Program-made: the position numbers and the translations under genes | Shown: positions 1 through 9,535 of the stretch, one piece after another | Numbering within the stretch: position 1 is the first letter of the stretch | How the letters are laid out: each line of letters begins with the position of its first letter | Assembly: GCA_027340875.1 (NCBI GenBank) | Contig: DAIENX010000007.1 | Span: 64,001 to 128,000, forward strand | Length of the DNA stretch: 64,000 bases | Direction: 5' to 3' | Source: Elusimicrobiota bacterium | Lineage (GTDB): Bacteria > Elusimicrobiota > Elusimicrobia > Elusimicrobiales > UBA9959 | Notes under the pieces: generated by a model | What the model was told of the DNA's origin: nothing | Database searches by the model: none | The model's input: only the letters and a program-made list of their open reading frames with translations

Positions 1-446
<446 letters not shown>

Positions 447-452
447 TCCATT

Positions 453-1175
453 ATGGTCATCCTCTTCAGCATCCTGGCGGTAGTTTTCACCATGGCGGGA
501 GCGGCGGCCGTGCTGAAGCTGGGCGGTTTCAGCAGGACTTTCCTGGCGCGCGCGCTGGCCTACGCCGCGGGCGTGCTGATCTCGGTGGCGCTGCTCGACA
601 TCCTCCCGGCCGGCTTCGGCTTCGACGCGCAGGCGCTCTCCTACGGTGCGCTGGCCGGGCTGCTCGCCCTGTTCACGCTCGAGACCTTCGCCGCCCACAG
701 CTCCTGCAGCGAGTTCATGGAGGACTGCCATGTCCACGACATAGGCGCCTTCGCGCTGGCGGCGATGGGCCTGCACTCCCTGCTGGACGGTTTCAATATC
801 GCCGTGGGCTTCTCCTCCGGCTCGGCGGCCGGCTTCAACGTGGCGCTGGGCGTGATCCTGCACAAGTTCGCGGACGGCGTCACGCTGGTCTCGCTGCTGC
901 TGCACGCCGGCCGTACGCCGCGCAAAGCCCTGGTCTTCAGCCTGTGGCTGGCCGCGGCCACCCCCTTCGGGGCGCTGGTCGCCGCGCCGCTGCTGCGGGC
1001 CCTGCCCGCGGGGGCCGAAGCTTTCGCGCTCGGCCTCTCCGGCGGCTCGTTCCTCTATATCGCGATGGCCGACATCCTGCCCGAGCTGCACCGTCACGAC
1101 GACAAGTTCGCGCGCCTGATCTACCCGGCCGGCTACCTGACCGTATACCTCATCAAGAAACTGGGAGCGCATTGA
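453..1175 (+). CDS. ZIP family metal transporter
   Basis: Multi-TM protein with LHSLLDG and LHKFADG metal-binding motifs and a YIAMADILPE C-terminal motif. Confidence 0.88.
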   Translation: MVILFSILAVVFTMAGAAAVLKLGGFSRTFLARALAYAAGVLISVALLDILPAGFGFDAQALSYGALAGLLALFTLETFAAHSSCSEFMEDCHVHDIGAFALAAMGLHSLLDGFNIAVGFSSGSAAGFNVALGVILHKFADGVTLVSLLLHAGRTPRKALVFSLWLAAATPFGALVAAPLLRALPAGAEAFALGLSGGSFLYIAMADILPELHRHDDKFARLIYPAGYLTVYLIKKLGAH

Positions 1176-1176
1176 C

Positions 1177-2619
1177 ATGGAACTGGACGAACTGCTGAAG
1201 AAATTCCGGGAATACTCCTCGCAGGACACCACCGTCCTGGAATACGCCTGGAACTACTCCTGCGAGGCGCACCAGGACCAGAAGCGCGCCTCCGGCGAGA
1301 AGTATTTCGTCCACTGCGCGGCCGTGGCCGAGATCCTCGTGGACTACAAGATGGACCTCGAGACCGTGGCGGCGGGACTGCTGCACGACGTGCTCGAGGA
1401 CACGAAGATACCGCACGAGACCTTCAAGAAGGAGTTCGGCGACGAGATATACGCGCTCGTGGCCGGCGTGACCAAGATCGAGACCCTCAAGTTCTCCTCC
1501 CGCGACGAGGCCCAGGCCGAGAACTGGCGCAAGATGATCCTGGCCACCGCGAAGGACATCCGCGTGATCGTGATAAAGCTGGCCGACCGCCTGCACAACA
1601 TGCGCACGTTGAACTTCATGCCTAAGGAAAAGCGCCTCGAGATCAGTCACGAAACCCTCTCCCTCTACGCCCCGCTCGCGCAGCGGCTGGGCATCTTCCA
1701 TCTGAAATCGGAACTCGAGGACCTGTCGTTCAAGTACCTGCATCCCGACGAGTACCAGAGCCTGCTGACCAAGGTGCAGCTGCGCTACGCCAAGCGCGAG
1801 AAGCTGCTGGACGATTTCCGCGCCGAGCTGGAGAAGCACCTAAATGGCGCCAACGTGCCCTTCCGGGTCCTCTCCCGCGCGAAGAACCTATATTCCATCT
1901 ACCGCAAGATGCTGCGCCAGGCTAAGCCGTTCGAGGAGATCCAGGACGCGCTCGGCGTACGCGTGATCACCGACACGGTGCTCAACTGCTACGCGCTGCT
2001 CGGCACCGTCCACTCCGTCTTCAAACCGGTGGCCGGCTCGTTCACCGACTATATCGCGGTCCCGAAGATGAACCTTTACCAGAGCCTGCACACCAGCGTG
2101 ATCGCGGCCTCCGGCGAGGTCATCGAGATCCAGATCCGCACCGAGGACATGCACCACACCTCGGAGTACGGCATCGCGGCGCACTGGCGCTACAAGATGG
2201 GCGACAAGGGAGCGGACCGCCACCTTGACGAGAAACTGAACTGGCTGCGGCAGTGGATGGAGTGGCTGCAGGACCTCTCCAGCCCGCGCGAGTTCATAGA
2301 AAGCTTCAAGACCGACCTCGAGCTGGACCAGATCTTCATCTTCACGCCGAAGGGCGACGTGAAGCCGCTGCCGGTGGACGCCACGCCGATAGATTTCGCC
2401 TACGCGATACACACCGATGTGGGCAACACCTGCATAGGCGCCAAGGTCAACAACAAGATGGTCCGCCTGGACCACTCGCTCAAGAGCGGCGACATCTGCG
2501 AGATCATCACCCGCAAGAATTCCGCCCCGCGCAAGGACTGGCTCGGCGCCGTAAAGACGGCGGGCGCGCGCAGCCATATCCGCAAGTACCTGCGCGAGCA
2601 CGGCCAGTCGGAAGAGTAA
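1177..2619 (+). CDS. rel: RelA/SpoT family (p)ppGpp synthetase/hydrolase, C-terminally short (HD + SYNTH + TGS)
   Basis: HD domain (LLHDVLED, KLADRLHNMRT), synthetase (YQSLHT, EIQIRT, AAHWRYK), TGS (FTPKG..TPIDFAYAIHT); 480 aa. Confidence 0.93.
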   Translation: MELDELLKKFREYSSQDTTVLEYAWNYSCEAHQDQKRASGEKYFVHCAAVAEILVDYKMDLETVAAGLLHDVLEDTKIPHETFKKEFGDEIYALVAGVTKIETLKFSSRDEAQAENWRKMILATAKDIRVIVIKLADRLHNMRTLNFMPKEKRLEISHETLSLYAPLAQRLGIFHLKSELEDLSFKYLHPDEYQSLLTKVQLRYAKREKLLDDFRAELEKHLNGANVPFRVLSRAKNLYSIYRKMLRQAKPFEEIQDALGVRVITDTVLNCYALLGTVHSVFKPVAGSFTDYIAVPKMNLYQSLHTSVIAASGEVIEIQIRTEDMHHTSEYGIAAHWRYKMGDKGADRHLDEKLNWLRQWMEWLQDLSSPREFIESFKTDLELDQIFIFTPKGDVKPLPVDATPIDFAYAIHTDVGNTCIGAKVNNKMVRLDHSLKSGDICEIITRKNSAPRKDWLGAVKTAGARSHIRKYLREHGQSEE

Positions 2620-2621
2620 CG

Positions 2622-2999
2622 GTGAACTTCCCGGAGCTCTCCGACATCACCCCGCAGAAGGCCGAAGCGCTCAAGGCGCGCATCGCGCGCCTCGCGATAG
2701 ACCTGCGCCTGGTGGAGGAGCAGTTCGTGCGCGGCGGCGGCAAGGGCGGCCAGAAGATAAACAAGACGGCCAATGCGGTGCTGCTGCGCTACGCGCCGCT
2801 GGGGCTGGTCGTCCGCTGCCAGCGCGAGCGCAAGCGCTCGCTCAACCGCTTCCTGGCCCTCAGGGAGCTCGTGGACGAGATAGAGCTGCGCGTCTCCCCG
2901 GGAACCTCGGAGCGCCTCAAAGAGATAGCCCGGATAAGGAAAAGAAAATCCCGCGCGCGGTCCAGGCGCGCGGGCGGAGGAGAAGGGGCCGGCATATAG
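2622..2999 (+). CDS. Short peptidyl-tRNA hydrolase / release-factor-like protein (ArfB/MTRFR type)
   Basis: GTG start 2 nt after the rel stop; EEQFVRGGGKGGQKINKTANAV (GGQ motif), RCQRER, basic C-terminal tail. Confidence 0.85.
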   Translation: MNFPELSDITPQKAEALKARIARLAIDLRLVEEQFVRGGGKGGQKINKTANAVLLRYAPLGLVVRCQRERKRSLNRFLALRELVDEIELRVSPGTSERLKEIARIRKRKSRARSRRAGGGEGAGI

Positions 3000-3008
3000 C
3001 CGGCCTCT

Positions 3009-4823
3009 TCATTTTGAGAATCTGCTGGCTTCCTTCTGGAACTTGACTATCAGCGGCGCATAGGCGCGCGCCGCCTTCTTCCCCTCTTCCCCGTATTCGG
3101 AGTCGAAAGCCTTCACGCCGCCCTTGTAAGCCTCCAGCGGCATTTCAAGCGTGCCGCTCGACGTGATGATGGCAGCGGTGTCCCAGGACGCGCAGGACAC
3201 GAAGGACCGCGGAGAAACGTCGAACAGGCTGCGTCCGCTGGAATAGTCGGACGGGGGGTTCTTTACGCCCAGCAACGGCATCAGCGTCGGCACTATATCC
3301 AGATGGCTCGTCATGGCCGAGGAGACCAGCGGTTTTCGGCCGGGCACGTACAGCACCAGCGGCACGCGCACCTCTTCCGGACTGTAGCCCTGGTTGTGGC
3401 CGTAACGGCCGCGCTCCAGGAAGGCCTCGCCGTGGTCTCCCAGCACCAGGATGACCGTGTCCTTCATCCCTCCGGTATCCGCTATCGTCTTCAGTATCTC
3501 CCCTGCCAAGCGATCGTCGTAGTAGACCGAGTTCTTGTACATGTTGAACAGCGGGCCGATATTGTCCCTGTTAAGGGCCAGGCGGTTCGCGTTAGCCGCG
3601 GGCCTGAACTTCTCTAATTCGGGCGGGTAGCCGTAAGCCCCGTGCGAGGCGTCGTAGAAGACGAAGGCGAAATACGGAGAACCCCGGCGGCGGGAGCGCA
3701 GGTAGGAGACGAACTCCTTAGTTATACGCCCGTCCCGGGCCACCACGTCGGCGCCGTCCGGATCGTCGTAGACGCCGCCTCTGGGGACCCTGGCGAAGGC
3801 GGTCTTATCGAACTCGGGAAAACTCAGCTTCGAACTGGCGTACAACCGGATGTCGTAGCCCTGAGCCTGCAGCTCGTCCATGAGCACCGGCGGGCGGCGC
3901 TCACCCAGCATGTCGAACCAGTAGTTGCCGTAGATGCCGTAGAAGATGGAGAAGATGCCGAACCTGGTGCAGTTGCCGCCGCTGTAGTGATCCGTGAAAA
4001 TGGCGCTCTTCTTCCCCAGCGCCCAGGTCTCCGGCATGATGTCCGGCTTCAGCATGTCCCGGCGCAGCGAGTCCACCACCAGGACCACGAAGTTCAGCGG
4101 CCTGGCCGGCCGCTCCGCCCGCAGCGGGACCAGCGGGTAGGCCAACCCTGAGTAACGCTTGTCTATGCCGCCCCTGACCTCCGAGTCCAGTCTGACGCCC
4201 AGGTACTTATTGGCGAAACTCCGTATCCTCAGCGGCTGGTAGAGCGGGTAAAGCTGGGCGTTGCGGGTGATGTAGACCGAGTCGTACAGCGTGCCCCACG
4301 CGAAGAGACCTTTATCCGCCAGCACGAACAGCAACAAAACGGCGGCGGCCGTCCTGGCCGCGCGGCGGCTGAAGCCCGCCCGCACCCTTTCCGATAGCTT
4401 CCAGAGCGGCCGCTGCGCCGCCAGCATCGCGGCCGCCAGGAGAACGTAGAAGAGCTTCATGCCCCAGCCCTGTTCCAGCGAGTCGAGGCCTCCGGGGGTC
4501 AGGACCAGGTTGACCACCATCGAGTTCAGGTGGAACTTGAATATCTTGTATACGCCGGCGTCGGTGACCAGCAGCAGCTGGAAGAGGCCCAGCAGCGCGC
4601 CGGGCAGCGCCGGCCCGCGGCCGAGACGATACAGCAGCAGGGCCGGGACGGAGACGGCCGCGCAGAGCATCAGCGTATTGGAGACCAGCGCCACCGCCGC
4701 GAAGGCCAGCTCGAGCGGGTGCCGGCCCGCGAAGAGGAGGAAAAAGGAGGAGACGGCCAGGGACAGGCAGAAATTCAGGGCCAGGAAAGCCGTAAATCTG
4801 TTCAGGTCGCAGCTCTTTGTCAT
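3009..4823 (-). CDS. Membrane-anchored sulfatase-like protein (YejM/LapC type)
   Basis: About 5 N-terminal TMs, LYPLYQPL motif, VVDSLR, HYSGGN, GDHGEAF, TSHLDIVPTL; start set at ATG 4823. Confidence 0.8.
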   Translation of the reverse strand: MTKSCDLNRFTAFLALNFCLSLAVSSFFLLFAGRHPLELAFAAVALVSNTLMLCAAVSVPALLLYRLGRGPALPGALLGLFQLLLVTDAGVYKIFKFHLNSMVVNLVLTPGGLDSLEQGWGMKLFYVLLAAAMLAAQRPLWKLSERVRAGFSRRAARTAAAVLLLFVLADKGLFAWGTLYDSVYITRNAQLYPLYQPLRIRSFANKYLGVRLDSEVRGGIDKRYSGLAYPLVPLRAERPARPLNFVVLVVDSLRRDMLKPDIMPETWALGKKSAIFTDHYSGGNCTRFGIFSIFYGIYGNYWFDMLGERRPPVLMDELQAQGYDIRLYASSKLSFPEFDKTAFARVPRGGVYDDPDGADVVARDGRITKEFVSYLRSRRRGSPYFAFVFYDASHGAYGYPPELEKFRPAANANRLALNRDNIGPLFNMYKNSVYYDDRLAGEILKTIADTGGMKDTVILVLGDHGEAFLERGRYGHNQGYSPEEVRVPLVLYVPGRKPLVSSAMTSHLDIVPTLMPLLGVKNPPSDYSSGRSLFDVSPRSFVSCASWDTAAIITSSGTLEMPLEAYKGGVKAFDSEYGEEGKKAARAYAPLIVKFQKEASRFSK

Positions 4824-4909
4824 CTTTTGGAAGTTGACCAAAATCAGTTGACAACGGTCAACACATCTGCTAGATTTTAGCCGAAACAGCGTAGCTATAT
4901 TATATGAAA

Positions 4910-6010
4910 ATGGCAAAACCCGCGCTTTTCATCCTTGCCCTGCCTTTCCTGCTCTGCGGCCGCGCGGCCGCCATCGACCTGAACGCCACGCACGCGGCCG
5001 ACTTAGCGGCGCTGGCCTCGGACATGGACATGCCGGCCCCGCAGCCTCCGCTGGCCGGGGTACTGACCCAGGTGAACGGCATGGACCCGATAGTAATAAC
5101 GCTGCCCGGACTGAAGTTCTCGGAGATAGGCTGGGGGTCGGCCGACCTGGGGAATTTTCTCAAGCTCATCCGCAGGATCTTCCCCCACAGGGACCTGACC
5201 GAAGCGGACGAGGCCGGGACCGGCTTCGACGCGCGCTACTTTTTCCCCGAAGAGGACGAGGCCGGCCTGGAGGCCGAGCGGGAAGTGGTGCGCCTGCCGG
5301 ATAACTACCTCGAGCTCAAGCTGCAGGAGCTGCCCGGCTACGCGGACCACGACGTCATAGTAATACCCTTCACCTGGTCCAGGGACCCCGGGGACACCCG
5401 GAAGACGGTGCGCAGGCTGCAGGCGAAGATCATAGAGGTCTACGACAAATACAAGGACTCAGGCAGGCCGATCTACATCCTGGCCCACAGCTGGGGCTCG
5501 GTGCTGGCCCACACGGCGCTGCACCGGGTAGGGAAAAGGCGCGGCGACGTCCGCATAGACAAGCTGATCACCGTCGGCTCCCCGCTGGTGCCCTCCAACC
5601 CGGTGGTCAAGATGTTCCTGCGCTTCGAGGCCCTGAAAAGCGGCCTGGTCCGGAAGGTCAGGAAGCCGGCGGTAGTCGGCGTCTGGCGGAATATCTGGGC
5701 CATGCGCGACTCGTTCTCCAACGCCATCCCGGCGGCCGACTCCAACTATCAGGTAGACGCGGAAGTGGGCAACGTGGAACACAACCTGATCGACTTCATC
5801 CTTCACAACAAGCCGCTGCGGGCCGCCGCCAGGCGGGACCTTTTCACCATACGCAACGTGAAGACCTGGCATGGCTCCTATTTCTACGACTACAAGGCCG
5901 CGCTGAAGACGCTGAACCGCGAGATCTTCGTGCCGGTATTCCGCCCGGTCCTGGCCCCGCAGGTGGTGGACTGCGGCAAGGACCCCGCCTCTTTCATGTG
6001 CCCCATCTAG
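4910..6010 (+). CDS. Secreted alpha/beta-hydrolase fold protein
   Basis: Signal peptide, ILAHSWG nucleophile elbow, LITVGSP. Alternative start at 4904. Confidence 0.65.
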   Translation: MAKPALFILALPFLLCGRAAAIDLNATHAADLAALASDMDMPAPQPPLAGVLTQVNGMDPIVITLPGLKFSEIGWGSADLGNFLKLIRRIFPHRDLTEADEAGTGFDARYFFPEEDEAGLEAEREVVRLPDNYLELKLQELPGYADHDVIVIPFTWSRDPGDTRKTVRRLQAKIIEVYDKYKDSGRPIYILAHSWGSVLAHTALHRVGKRRGDVRIDKLITVGSPLVPSNPVVKMFLRFEALKSGLVRKVRKPAVVGVWRNIWAMRDSFSNAIPAADSNYQVDAEVGNVEHNLIDFILHNKPLRAAARRDLFTIRNVKTWHGSYFYDYKAALKTLNREIFVPVFRPVLAPQVVDCGKDPASFMCPI

Positions 6011-6028
6011 CCGCCCCTCGGCGATCCC

Positions 6029-6058
6029 AAGGCCCGCCTCCCGGCGGGCCTTGTTTTT
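6029..6058 (+). terminator. Intrinsic terminator
   Basis: AAGGCCCGCC-tccc-GGCGGGCCTT hairpin followed by GTTTTT. Confidence 0.75.
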
Positions 6059-6088
6059 ATGGGCCCCCATATTTGCGATAATCTTAGT

Positions 6089-7111
6089 ATGGACTTCCAG
6101 AAGCTCTCCGCGTTCCTGGAAAAGAGCGGCCTGCCGGCCTTCCGCATGAAACAGGTGCGCGCCGCCGTCTACCGCGGCATGGCCGCCTCCTGGGACGATG
6201 TTACCGTGCTCCCGGCCCCCCTCAGGGAACAGCTGTCCCGGGAGTTCCGCCTGCATTCCGTGGAGCAGCTGGAAGCGCAGGTATCGGCCAAGGGCGACGC
6301 GGTCAAGTTCCTGTACGGCCTGAAGGACGGCCGCAAGATAGAGACAGTGCTGCTGAACCTGCTGCCGGAAAAGTGGAGCCTCTGCGTCTCCACCCAGGTG
6401 GGCTGCCCTGTGCGCTGCCCGTTCTGCGCCACCGGCAAGAAGGGGCTGAAGAGGAACCTCTCTCCCGACGAGATAACCGACCAGTTCCTGGCGGCCGGCG
6501 CCTGGCTCAGGAAGGCCCGCGGCCAGAAGATAGGCAACGTGATCTTCATGGGCATGGGCGAGCCGTTCTACAACTACGACGCCGTGGGCGAGGCCATAAA
6601 GACCATGACCGACCCCGACAGGATCGGCCTGGGCCAGCGCCACATCTCGGTCTCCACCGCCGGCCACGTGCCCGGCATCCGGCGCTTCGCGAAGGATTTC
6701 CCGCAGTGCAACCTGGCGATATCGCTGCACGCCTCAGAGGACGCGCTGCGCAACGAGCTGGTTCCGCTTAACAGGCAGTACCCGCTGTCCCAGCTGGCCA
6801 AGGCCCTGAACGACTACATCTTCAGCACCCGCCGCCGCGTGTTCGTGGAGTACGTGCTGATGGACGGCGTGAACAACAGCCGCTCCCAGGCCGGCAAGCT
6901 CAACTCCTGGCTGCGCTCGGTGGCCGCCCCCAAGTATTTCACGATAAACCTGATCCCCTACAACCGCACCGGCTGCCCTTACAATACGCCGGCCAAGGAC
7001 CGCGTTAAGGTTTTCGCGGGTCTTATGGAGACCTACGGCTTCGAGGTCACCGTCCGCAAGAGCCTGGGCGACGACATAGCCGGCGCCTGCGGCCAACTGT
7101 CCGGAAAATAG
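6089..7111 (+). CDS. rlmN: 23S rRNA (A2503-C2)-methyltransferase, radical SAM
   Basis: CVSTQVGCPVRCPFCATG, FMGMGEP, LAISLHA, C-terminal DIAGACGQL. Confidence 0.93.
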   Translation: MDFQKLSAFLEKSGLPAFRMKQVRAAVYRGMAASWDDVTVLPAPLREQLSREFRLHSVEQLEAQVSAKGDAVKFLYGLKDGRKIETVLLNLLPEKWSLCVSTQVGCPVRCPFCATGKKGLKRNLSPDEITDQFLAAGAWLRKARGQKIGNVIFMGMGEPFYNYDAVGEAIKTMTDPDRIGLGQRHISVSTAGHVPGIRRFAKDFPQCNLAISLHASEDALRNELVPLNRQYPLSQLAKALNDYIFSTRRRVFVEYVLMDGVNNSRSQAGKLNSWLRSVAAPKYFTINLIPYNRTGCPYNTPAKDRVKVFAGLMETYGFEVTVRKSLGDDIAGACGQLSGK

Positions 7112-7135
7112 CGCCCGCCCGCCGCGTCTTGCACG

Positions 7136-7174
7136 AAAGAAAAGCCCCCGGCGTTGCCGGGGGCTTTTCTTTTT
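7136..7174. terminator. Bidirectional intrinsic terminator
   Basis: AAAGAAAAGCCCCCGGC-gtt-GCCGGGGGCTTTTCTTT between convergent genes. Confidence 0.85.
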
Positions 7175-7187
7175 CGGACGGCGCGCT

Positions 7188-8375
7188 CTAGCAGCCGCCG
7201 AGTATGCGCTTGGCCTTCTTGACCGCCGGCTCCGCCGGCGCGGCCTTGAGCAGGCCGGGCACGATCCGCTTCGCTTCCTCGCGGAAACGGTAGGCGTTGT
7301 CCCGCTCGAAAGCGGAAGCGCCGGCCGCCGGCTTGAAATCCAGTATCCGGTCCCTGAACGCCTTCAGCCCGCCCTCCAGTATCCTTATGTCCCGGAAGCC
7401 CAGCCTGTCGGCGATGAAGGCCATCCTGCGCTCCGTCTGTTCGTCCTCGGCCGCGAACACGTAGGTCAGCCCGCGGGTCAGCAGGGTCCTGGCGGCCTGC
7501 TTCTCGAACAGCCCTCCGGCAGTGAACGGCACCGAGCCCGGCAGCGGCATCTTGGCGCGCGCCTCCTCGGGCCGGAAATCCACGATGCGCATCTTATCCC
7601 CGCCGTCCATCAGCCTGAGCGCGAACTCGTCGGGGGTCATCGCGTCGGCCTTATAGGCCTGCGCGGCCCCCGGGGCCTCGGAGGCCTCGAGCAGCGAGGC
7701 CTTCCTGGAGGGCATCAGCAGGGCTGCCGCGGCCAGCACCAGCCCCGCGGCTCCGAGCCCGGCGTAGTACGGCGTGAACCGCACCGCCGGCCTCTTCACG
7801 CCGTTGACCCTGTTCTCTATGATAGAGACGGCCCAGAAAGCCCCGAGCGCGGCCAGCACCAGCAGGAAGGCGAACAGGCTCTGCGAGATGCGCAGGCTGT
7901 CGAAGACCTGCGGACTGCCCCACGGCGCGGCCATATAGAGCTTCACGAACAGCGGATAGCCCTCGGCGAAGATGAACACGCCGAGGAAGGCGCCGCCTAT
8001 GAAGACCATCGCGTCCAGCTTGCCTATGGCCGCCGCGCAGATACTGGTGCCCGGGCAGAACCCGCCAACCACGAAGCCCAGCCCCATTATCAGGCCGCCG
8101 ACTATGGCGGCCCAGAGGAAGGTCGGGTTTATGTAGACCAGGCTCATGTCCAGCAGGCCGAAGTGCTCTAGGCCTATCACGCCCAGCATGGCCGTCACGC
8201 CGGCGGTGAAGAACACGCGCAGCACCGTGAAGTCATAGCCGTAGAACAGGCCCACCAGCTTCCTCGTGCTCGAGAAGCCGGCCTGTTCCAGCACCATGCC
8301 GAAAAGCAGCCCTACCCCCAGGGCTACGAGATAGTTCAGATTGTTGCTGATTATGTCTGGTACTAAAGGCCCCAT
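7188..8375 (-). CDS. YeeE/YedE sulfur-compound transporter fused to a rhodanese-like domain
   Basis: N-terminal EQAGF, GGFCPGT motifs with TMs; C-terminal IVDFRP...LPGS...ILEGGL rhodanese-like pattern; ends in GGC. Confidence 0.8.
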   Translation of the reverse strand: MGPLVPDIISNNLNYLVALGVGLLFGMVLEQAGFSSTRKLVGLFYGYDFTVLRVFFTAGVTAMLGVIGLEHFGLLDMSLVYINPTFLWAAIVGGLIMGLGFVVGGFCPGTSICAAAIGKLDAMVFIGGAFLGVFIFAEGYPLFVKLYMAAPWGSPQVFDSLRISQSLFAFLLVLAALGAFWAVSIIENRVNGVKRPAVRFTPYYAGLGAAGLVLAAAALLMPSRKASLLEASEAPGAAQAYKADAMTPDEFALRLMDGGDKMRIVDFRPEEARAKMPLPGSVPFTAGGLFEKQAARTLLTRGLTYVFAAEDEQTERRMAFIADRLGFRDIRILEGGLKAFRDRILDFKPAAGASAFERDNAYRFREEAKRIVPGLLKAAPAEPAVKKAKRILGGC

Positions 8376-8385
8376 ATATCTCTCC

Positions 8386-8925
8386 TCATATCCAGAGCTT
8401 CCGGACGAAGTACGCGAAGCCGTACGCGCCGGCGAAGATGAAGATCATCGTTATTATGCCGCCGGTGGACATCACGGCCATGCCGCTCAGCGCCGCTCCG
8501 CTGGTACAGCCGCGGCCCAACTGCGCGCCGATGCCCCACAGAACGCCGCCGGCCAGCGCGCCCCAGACCCTCATCCTGTTGGTGGCGGAAGGTCCCTTGT
8601 CGAACCTGAAGGCCAGCCGGTCGGAGATCAGGCCCGACAGGAAGGCGCCGATGATCACGCCGACCGCCTCGAAGACCAGCCAGTTCTTGAGCGGCCCCTC
8701 GGGGTGCTGCGCCGCGTATTCGCTGTAGAACTCTGACGACGCCGCGTGACCCGGCGCCACCGCCTGCACCGCCGCCACCACTCCGCTCTTCAGCGCGCCG
8801 CTGGCCCCAAGTCCGCGGCCCGTCATGAAGATCGTGGCCAGCAGTACCATACCCAGCAGGAAGCCCGCCAGGTACGGGTTCATATACTTAGTCTCTTGCG
8901 CGTCTTTTACGTGTTCACTCTTCAT
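8386..8925 (-). CDS. YeeE/YedE family sulfur transporter subunit
   Basis: NPYLAG, GRGLGASG, GRGCTSG motifs; TM helices. Confidence 0.85.
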   Translation of the reverse strand: MKSEHVKDAQETKYMNPYLAGFLLGMVLLATIFMTGRGLGASGALKSGVVAAVQAVAPGHAASSEFYSEYAAQHPEGPLKNWLVFEAVGVIIGAFLSGLISDRLAFRFDKGPSATNRMRVWGALAGGVLWGIGAQLGRGCTSGAALSGMAVMSTGGIITMIFIFAGAYGFAYFVRKLWI

Positions 8926-9535
8926 CTTCCAGCTCCTCCCAGCCCGTCAACATGGCCTTCAGGTTGGACGTCACGGTGCTGCCGGTGGTCATAAGGTAAA
9001 GGTGCCCGATCAGGAACGCCGCCAGCGCGAAGGCGCAGGCCGTATGCACCAGCGCTACGGGGCCCAGGGAGCCGGCCGACAGGAAGCCCGGCAGGCCGCC
9101 GCCCTGGTAGCGGTAGAACATGTACAGCAGGCCGGACAGCAGCGTGGCCGGCAGCAGGAAGACCTTCAGGCCGAAGTAGGCCAGCTTCTGCAGCGGGTTC
9201 AGCTTGGAATGCGCGGTCTTCTTGGTAGGGTGCGGCGCGTTCCGGAAGATACCGAACACGTAGTACTCCAGCTGCGCCGAGATGTTCTTCGTGGTCGGCA
9301 CGTACTGTTTCCATTCGCCCGTGGTGAAATGCCAGAAGATAGCGAAGGCTATCAGCACCATCAGCAGCCAGGTGGCGTCGTTGTGGTAGCGGACGGCGTC
9401 CCTGAAGCCGAGGAAGGAATAGGCGCCGTGTATCTCGAACCCGGTGAAGCCGAGGAAGATGATCAGCACGGCCTGCGTCCAGTGCCAGAACCGCTCGAAG
9501 CCGGTGTAGATCCTCACTTTCTTATGCGTCTTCAT
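8915..9535 (-). CDS. Cytochrome b subunit (PhsC / Ni-hydrogenase cyt b family)
   Basis: ERFWHW, KLNPLQK, His residues in 4 TMs, terminal MLTGWE. Confidence 0.85.
   Translation of the reverse strand: MKTHKKVRIYTGFERFWHWTQAVLIIFLGFTGFEIHGAYSFLGFRDAVRYHNDATWLLMVLIAFAIFWHFTTGEWKQYVPTTKNISAQLEYYVFGIFRNAPHPTKKTAHSKLNPLQKLAYFGLKVFLLPATLLSGLLYMFYRYQGGGLPGFLSAGSLGPVALVHTACAFALAAFLIGHLYLMTTGSTVTSNLKAMLTGWEELEDEE

Noticed and set aside
2253..2621. N-terminal extensions in the ORF track (2253, 18345, 18925, 21640, 21798, 27738, 34224, 40136, 48849, 50000, 56087)
   Set aside because: They overlap neighbouring genes; downstream starts with SD or stop-start coupling match the domain boundaries.
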